From: an uncultured archaeon
GTDB lineage: Archaea; Iainarchaeota; Iainarchaeia; Iainarchaeales; 0-14-0-20-30-16
DNA: 6,893 nt
Assembly: GCA_964565125.1 (NCBI GenBank)
Contig: CAZMCX010000041.1
Coordinates: 1 to 6,893 of the forward strand
Reading direction: 5' to 3'
The position numbers and the translations under genes are program-made. Shown one piece after another: positions 1 through 6,100 of this stretch. The stretch's first letter is position 1. Every line of letters starts with the position of its first letter. The notes below the pieces were generated by a model. The model searched no databases, had not been told where the DNA came from, and was given only the letters and a program-made list of their open reading frames with translations.

Positions 1-162
1 ATCAAATGTTGCTTTTGGTGGTTCTTCCGTTGGAATAGATTCTTTAGGTTTTACAAGTGGTTCCTCTGTTTTTGGAACTAAAGGCTCTTCTGGGATAGGG
101 GGAGATGTAGTCTCAGGAGGGATTCCCGGTTCTGGGGTTGTTGTTTCAGGAGTTACAGTTGA
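1..162 (-). other. Pro/Thr/Glu-rich extended linker (aa 2236-2289 and beyond). The ORF continues past the window.
   Basis: The translation is STVTPETTTPEPGIPPETTSPPIPEEPLVPKTEEPLVKPKESIPTEEPPKATFD, with 15 Pro in 54 aa by hand count. It contains an imperfect EEPLVPK / EEPLVKPK repeat. Confidence 0.8.
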
Positions 163-3100
163 TTTTGCCTTTCTCAAAGATAACAATACAGCTGCTAATC
201 CTTGTTCTTCTTTCTGATCCCAAACTCCTTCTTTTCCTGCTTCTACAAATGATTGTTCTTCTTTCATTTGTGCAATGTCATCTTCTATACTAGAATAATC
301 TTCTAATCCCAAAATTGTTCCCAAAATTGGTACTGATGCTATACCATCATGAACTGAATCTGTCCAATTCTTTTCAGATATTCCTGCTTTTGCATTCACT
401 CTGTGGGCTTGATAGTATTCTGTACCAACATTAATACCCATAAATATTCCACAGTCTAATGCTGCGCCAGCCCACCCAATTGGACCTAAAAATTTCAAAA
501 TCCATTTTTCTGTAACCAGACATGCAGTCATTCCTGCTGCTGTTGCTGCACCAAGTTTTGTTGGGTCTGTTGCATTACTAGTTAAAGCTGCAACAACACT
601 TTTTTGCTGTAATGGACAATCAGGATAATATATATTTGCATATTTCTTTGTTCCTTTAAAGTCTACATCAAATATACTTTTTTCACCTAGTTGTGGGCCT
701 TCTTTTACAAAGTTTGTAAAAAGTTCACAAGTATTCCTGCTCTCCACACCTTTTTCATAAATCAAAGCATATTCTTTGAAGTCTTTTTCATTTTTTCCAA
801 TATCAACCATTAATGCATTTACAAATGTTTGTGCGGTTATTCCACAGTCTGCATCAAATGCAATTCTTATTGGTTCTGTTTTAATTCCTTCTCTTTCCGC
901 ATAATAGAATAACCCAGAGCTATCACTGTTTGCTCCAGAGTTAACTTTGAATGCATCAGTTATTTCAACATTTATTTTTGCTTTTCCAACGCTTTTATTT
1001 CCTTCTTTAGTAAGCTCTATTGTTTTATTTGTCTGTCCTTTAGAATCAAAGTACGCTTCTAAGCCAGTATCTGCAGGGTAAATCAAAAATAAATCAACTC
1101 TTCCAAGAGATTGTGACTCTACAGTAATATCACAATGCCAAGTTCCTTTTCCTAATGGCAATTTACTACAAATACCGATTTTTATATCTCCTGCAGTAAT
1201 GTCTTTTTCACCGGGTTGCTTAGTTTTCCCGCTTAAACCACCGGTTCCAGATTTTACTTTTGCAGAATTTGGGACACCTTCGCCTGTGTTAACAATACAA
1301 CCATCAAAGTTTCCGTTTAAGAAACCAGTTATTGCTTTTACAACATCTTTTTGTATGGCTTCGTTTCCAATATCTAAATTTTTATTTATTTTTACAGTAA
1401 TTATTACATCGGTTCCATTTTGTTTTATACTAAATTCAACTAAGTTTCCTTCTGCAACAGAATCTCTTTTCAAAAACAAGGTGTTAGGTTTTGATTTCAA
1501 AAATCTATCTTGGTTAAATATTTGTTTCGAAACATCTTGTGCAATTGATTCTAAATCCATAGAATCATAATCCACATAACCTACACGCAATCCCAAAGGA
1601 TTATCTTTTTTTGTTTGTGCATCTTTTGGCAAATAATTCAATGCATTTTGAACTTTTAATTCACATTGGGATGTTTTTTCTTTTTTCAAAACTTGAACAT
1701 ACATATTGTAGCTGTCTTTTTGTATGATATCATTATTAATTACTTGCACCGCACCCGTGATTCTCAAACTATATTTTCCACAACCATCAAGTTGTTTATC
1801 TAAATACAATCTTTTTGTCCAGGTAGATGTTACTTCGGTTAACTCTATTCCATCTGTTATTGCGGTTTCTATTAAGCCCGTGTTAATTTTTTTCAAATCA
1901 TTATCCATCTGGGCTTGTGTTAATTTGTCATTTGTAAAATATACATTCAACTCTAATGCCTCTAAACCAAAGTCTTCAAATGAACAAGATGCAGATCCAA
2001 CTTCGCAATTTGTATTTTCTAATTTATTATTTATTGTTGTCAATTTTTTCTTATATACTTCCAAATAATATTTTATTTTTGCAATCAAAAATTTGGACAT
2101 TGATTCACTATCGCAATAGCCCATTGTAGAACAATCTGCAGTTGTGATTCTTGGGTAAAACACAGATAATTCATTTCCAGTAACACAATCTTTTATTTGT
2201 TTCTGATCTGTAACTGTTGCTTCGCCAGTCCCAGTCAATGCCCCGCCACCAAATCTCAAATTAACTAATAATGGAATATTAAACGGACCTTGGCTTACAC
2301 CCAAAACACCTTTAACAAATAAGGTATTATCTCTTGAAATTTCCTTACTTGCAGTTATTGTTAAAATAAATTCTTTTTCTTGCCCCAATTCAATTGTTGT
2401 CCCATTTGGCGCAGATAAAACTGTTTTGTTTCCAAATAATTCTGCTTCACTTACCCCTGTTATTGATACTGCTTCCGCACAATTATTTACTAAAGTAAAG
2501 GACCTTGCAATTTCTTTTCCAAAAGTTTCGCTTATGTAAGTCAATTTATTTTCTGGTTTTGTTCCCTTTTTTACAGTAATACATTTATCTGGAGAAACAT
2601 GTATTACAAGATATCCGTTCGCAGATATTTGTTGATTAATTCCTTGTATTGTTCCTCTTGCTTGTATCCCATAATATTGTTCTGTTTGCTTTGAGGTAGA
2701 TGGCATGTTAATATATCCTTGAAGCATTGTTGCCTGTCCCGGTGCCAAAACTTGAATTGTTGATGGCATAAAATTAATTGCACTTCCGCCAGAAGCATAA
2801 CTTCCATAAGCTGGGCTATTATAAATGCTTGAATGCGGATCAACATAATTTCCAGGATTTGCATATTGATCTTGTGTTAATCCCGATTGATAAGTAAAGG
2901 CATCAACACCCTTATTATTTACACTAGAATTATATCCTGGTTGATTATATCTGGAATTATTTAGCTGGCTATAACTATTCAAAAAATTCTGGCCAGTATT
3001 TGTGGCATAATTGTATGGCTGCATCTGGTATCTATTACTGGAAGCCATTACCTGGATATTATGTATTGGCATTCTTCCATTGTTCTGTATTATTACTGGA

Positions 3101-6100
3101 ACATATTGGCCTTGCATCTCTTTAAACGCAGACACAAATATATGCCCCGCAGTAAGTATAGATAAAGAACTTGCTGCATTCCAAATTGTAATATTTAAAG
3201 GTATATTTTTTGTAAAATAATCTGTTGCCAAATACAATGATAATACTTTTGTTTCATCAGCCATTATTACTGGAGTCAAATTCACCAATGTAAACTTTAT
3301 TGATTTTTCTTCTCCTTTTTTCAAATCAAATCCTTGCATGTTCAACTGCAAGCCATAATTTGACGCATCATCTGAAACCATTTGCGGTGTAACTTTCAAA
3401 TCATATTCACAATTATTTCTAAATAAAATACTATCTTCTATTTTTGCATTTTGTACAGCCGGCAAACTATAAATTAATGCTTCTTTACTTGCCCACAAAC
3501 AACTTGTGTTCTTTATTTCTTTATTATAATAAACAAATACTTTTGTTTTTATTTTTGTAATTTCATTTTTATTCTGAACCCCAACTATTTCTAATTCTAC
3601 AACCCCGTTTTCTCTTTCTTCGTCGCCGTTATAAGAGCCAGTTACTACTAACTCTGCAACACCATTTGCAGCAATAAATCCAGTAACCATTTTTGCACTT
3701 ATTAAAAAGTTAGAACTCAAATTAGAACTTACTATATTCACAGACATTGATTCAACTGGAAGCTTTGTTTTATTCTGAACAGATATTTTTACAGTTCCGT
3801 GTTTTGCATTTTTTGGAATTATTAAATCATTATCGCTTTTAACATACAACGCACCAACATTTCCAAGCAAAATTTCTAATTCTGTTGGCAAGTACCCTGG
3901 AACGCTTACAGAAACTAAATAAAACCCGCTTGTAAAACTATTCTTTATCAAATATCTACCATCTTTTCCAAAGTCTACTTTTCCTGTGCCTTCAACAAAC
4001 ACAACACTCTTTTTTGTTTTTTTATCTGAAATTGTAATCTTCGCATTTGTTAAATAATTTCCGCCTTTTTCTTTAACTATTATTGGAAAATCTTCTCCAA
4101 GAGGAATAAAATCACCATTTAAAATTACTTCCATTTCTTTTTTAGGGAAAATAGTTACCGAAATATTTTTCTCAATTACGCCCTTTGAGGTAATTGTTTT
4201 TACCGCAATATTTGTAAGTCCTTCTTTAAACGGATTAAAATAAAATCTTACTTTCTTTTTTTCCATTGATGCCATATCTACAAAAACATTTTGCTTTGTG
4301 TTCTTTTCATCTTTGGGGGAAAACTCTGTTGGGCTTTCCGCATAATTATTTAGATAAAGTTTAGGGGTATCTTCTGTCTGAACTGACAAAGAAATTTGTT
4401 GTTCAATAATAGAAGTTAATTCTAAATCCAATGCATAATAATAATCCAACACACCATTAAACTTCCCAACATCATATGTAAACTGGTCATCTAAGATTGT
4501 GTATGAAATACAAACATCATTCTGACAATTCAATGATCCAGCCATTAACTGAACTTCTTTTAAGTAAGTATCAGCATACAAACCATATTTTATTGGGATG
4601 TTTTCATTTGCGCCCAGCATAGAATCTACTGGATTTCTTATGAAATTTGTATCTTCTTGTGTCCAAGCCCTATATCTTATTTCCATCGCATTCAAATCTG
4701 TTGTTGCTTTTGATTTTACTCTTACTTTTAAATTACTGTTTCCCGCGGGATTTGTGAAATATAATTCAAGCCATTTGTTGAATTGGCCCGCAACACCAGT
4801 AGAATAATAATCTACAGAATAATCCCCTGGCATAGGCAGAGGGGAATAGCTAATTCCATATTTGAAATTATCTGCAACACCATCAAACCCAATAATGCCC
4901 ACATCTTGATTTGCAACATATTTTTCATTATCTGAACCCAATCTTATATGTAAGCCGCCAGAATACAAACCCTCTGGCCAAAACAAATTAAATACTAACA
5001 AATAAGTTTTTCCTTTTTGCATTGCGCTAACTTCTTTTCCGTCTACATCGGTTATCTTTGATAAAGAAACAAATAATTTATCTTTATTTTTATTATCAGC
5101 CAATTTTATTTGCATTTTATCTTTTGGATTTATTGTCTGTGAGTACGTGTTTCCATTTTCATCAGTAACAAACATATCTAATTCTTTGTTTCCTAATGAA
5201 TCTGCCTCAATTTTTCCCATCAAATCTGTGTATCCATCATAAACTAAATTTCCTTGCTTATCAAAAAGCATAACATGTGCGTTTGTCAATGGTTTTCCGT
5301 ATTTGTCGTATAAATACATTGTAAATTTACTGCCTGCGTTTTCCATCTTTATCTCAATTCTATTTCTTCCAGCTTTCAACAATAAGGATGCCTCACCATA
5401 TTCCTCATCAGTATTTGCAGATACAGATAAAGTAATATTTGGTTTTAAATTTAAAGTAAAATATCCAGTTATAGAAGTTATTGGATTGGGGCCTGTTATT
5501 GGATAAAATTCCCCATTTGCGTCATATTTAAATTCCAAAGTTGCATTCCCAACTGGTTTATTATCTTTATCAACAACAAACACATCAACTATTGCTGCTT
5601 TTGTAAGATCTACTTTTTCCATTTCAAATTTCATTTCTGAAGAACTGTCCAATAATTTTGTTTGTGGATAATATCCGTCTTTATACACAGAAATATATTT
5701 TAAAATTGTATAGTCCAACCCTGAAAAACTAGTTGTTCCGCCAATATCTGTATTTTCTGTCAACTGTTCAATAAGCATTGTAGTGTATAATGAAACTTTT
5801 GCCTCTTGGATTCCAACACCCAAAGAGTCAAGCACACTTACATTTAATTTTCCGCCACCAACAGACATAATAAAAGAAATTACTTCTTCGTCTGTCAATA
5901 AAGTTCTTAAAATTCCTTCAACATTAGAGTCAAATACAGCAAAGCCATCTTTTTGCGCAACAAATCTTACTGATGTTCCTTTTTTTACAGAAAATATCGC
6001 AATTCCATCTTCATTTGTGTTTGTGCTTCCAATTTTTGTATTGGACTTTATATTATAAACATCAATTTTCACATTATTCAAAGCGTTCTGTATTACATCT

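Noticed and set aside
307-329. 11-nt direct repeat tcccaaaattg x2 with a 1-nt spacer
   Set aside because: It simply encodes the duplicated tripeptide in PILGTILGL. It is too short to be a meaningful repeat element or recombination site.
1222-1248. Walker-A-like string GTGGLSGKT
   Set aside because: The spacing does not fit [AG]-x4-G-K-[ST], because the residue five positions before the GKT glycine is Thr. It lies in a predicted extracellular Cys-rich region and has no accompanying Walker B context. It is most likely a chance match.
1199-1570. Track ORF, + strand, 123 aa
   Set aside because: It is antisense to the 2,289-codon minus-strand ORF. Its translation is F/S/P/L/T-rich low-complexity sequence, typical of the complement of an A-rich coding strand, and I saw no convincing RBS. 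It is a shadow ORF.
1724-2068. Track ORF, + strand, 114 aa
   Set aside because: It is antisense to the giant ORF, with a low-complexity S/F/L/V-rich translation and no independent support.
2604-2864. Track ORF, - strand, 86 aa
   Set aside because: It is on the same strand as the giant ORF but in a different frame (end coordinate 2864 is not in the 6867 phase). It stays open only because it lies within the N/Q/Y/S-rich low-complexity segment. It is an off-frame artefact.
3011-3220. Track ORF, + strand, 69 aa
   Set aside because: It is antisense to the giant ORF at the edge of the low-complexity segment, and is short with a hydrophobic junk-like translation.
4010-4023. Homopolymer tracts (T6-G-T7 on the plus strand, A-runs in the coding strand; similar 7-mers near 1606, 5986 and 6592) as slipped-strand phase-variation sites
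   Set aside because: Runs of 6-7 A/T are expected at this base composition and mostly encode Lys-Lys. They are too short to argue for phase variation without population data. They remain possible sequencing-error hotspots.
4598-4807. Track ORF, + strand, 69 aa
   Set aside because: It is an antisense shadow ORF inside the giant CDS.
5303-5506. Track ORF, + strand, 67 aa
   Set aside because: It is an antisense shadow ORF inside the tandem-repeat region of the giant CDS.
5783-6058. Track ORF, + strand, 91 aa
   Set aside because: It is an antisense shadow ORF inside the tandem-repeat region of the giant CDS.
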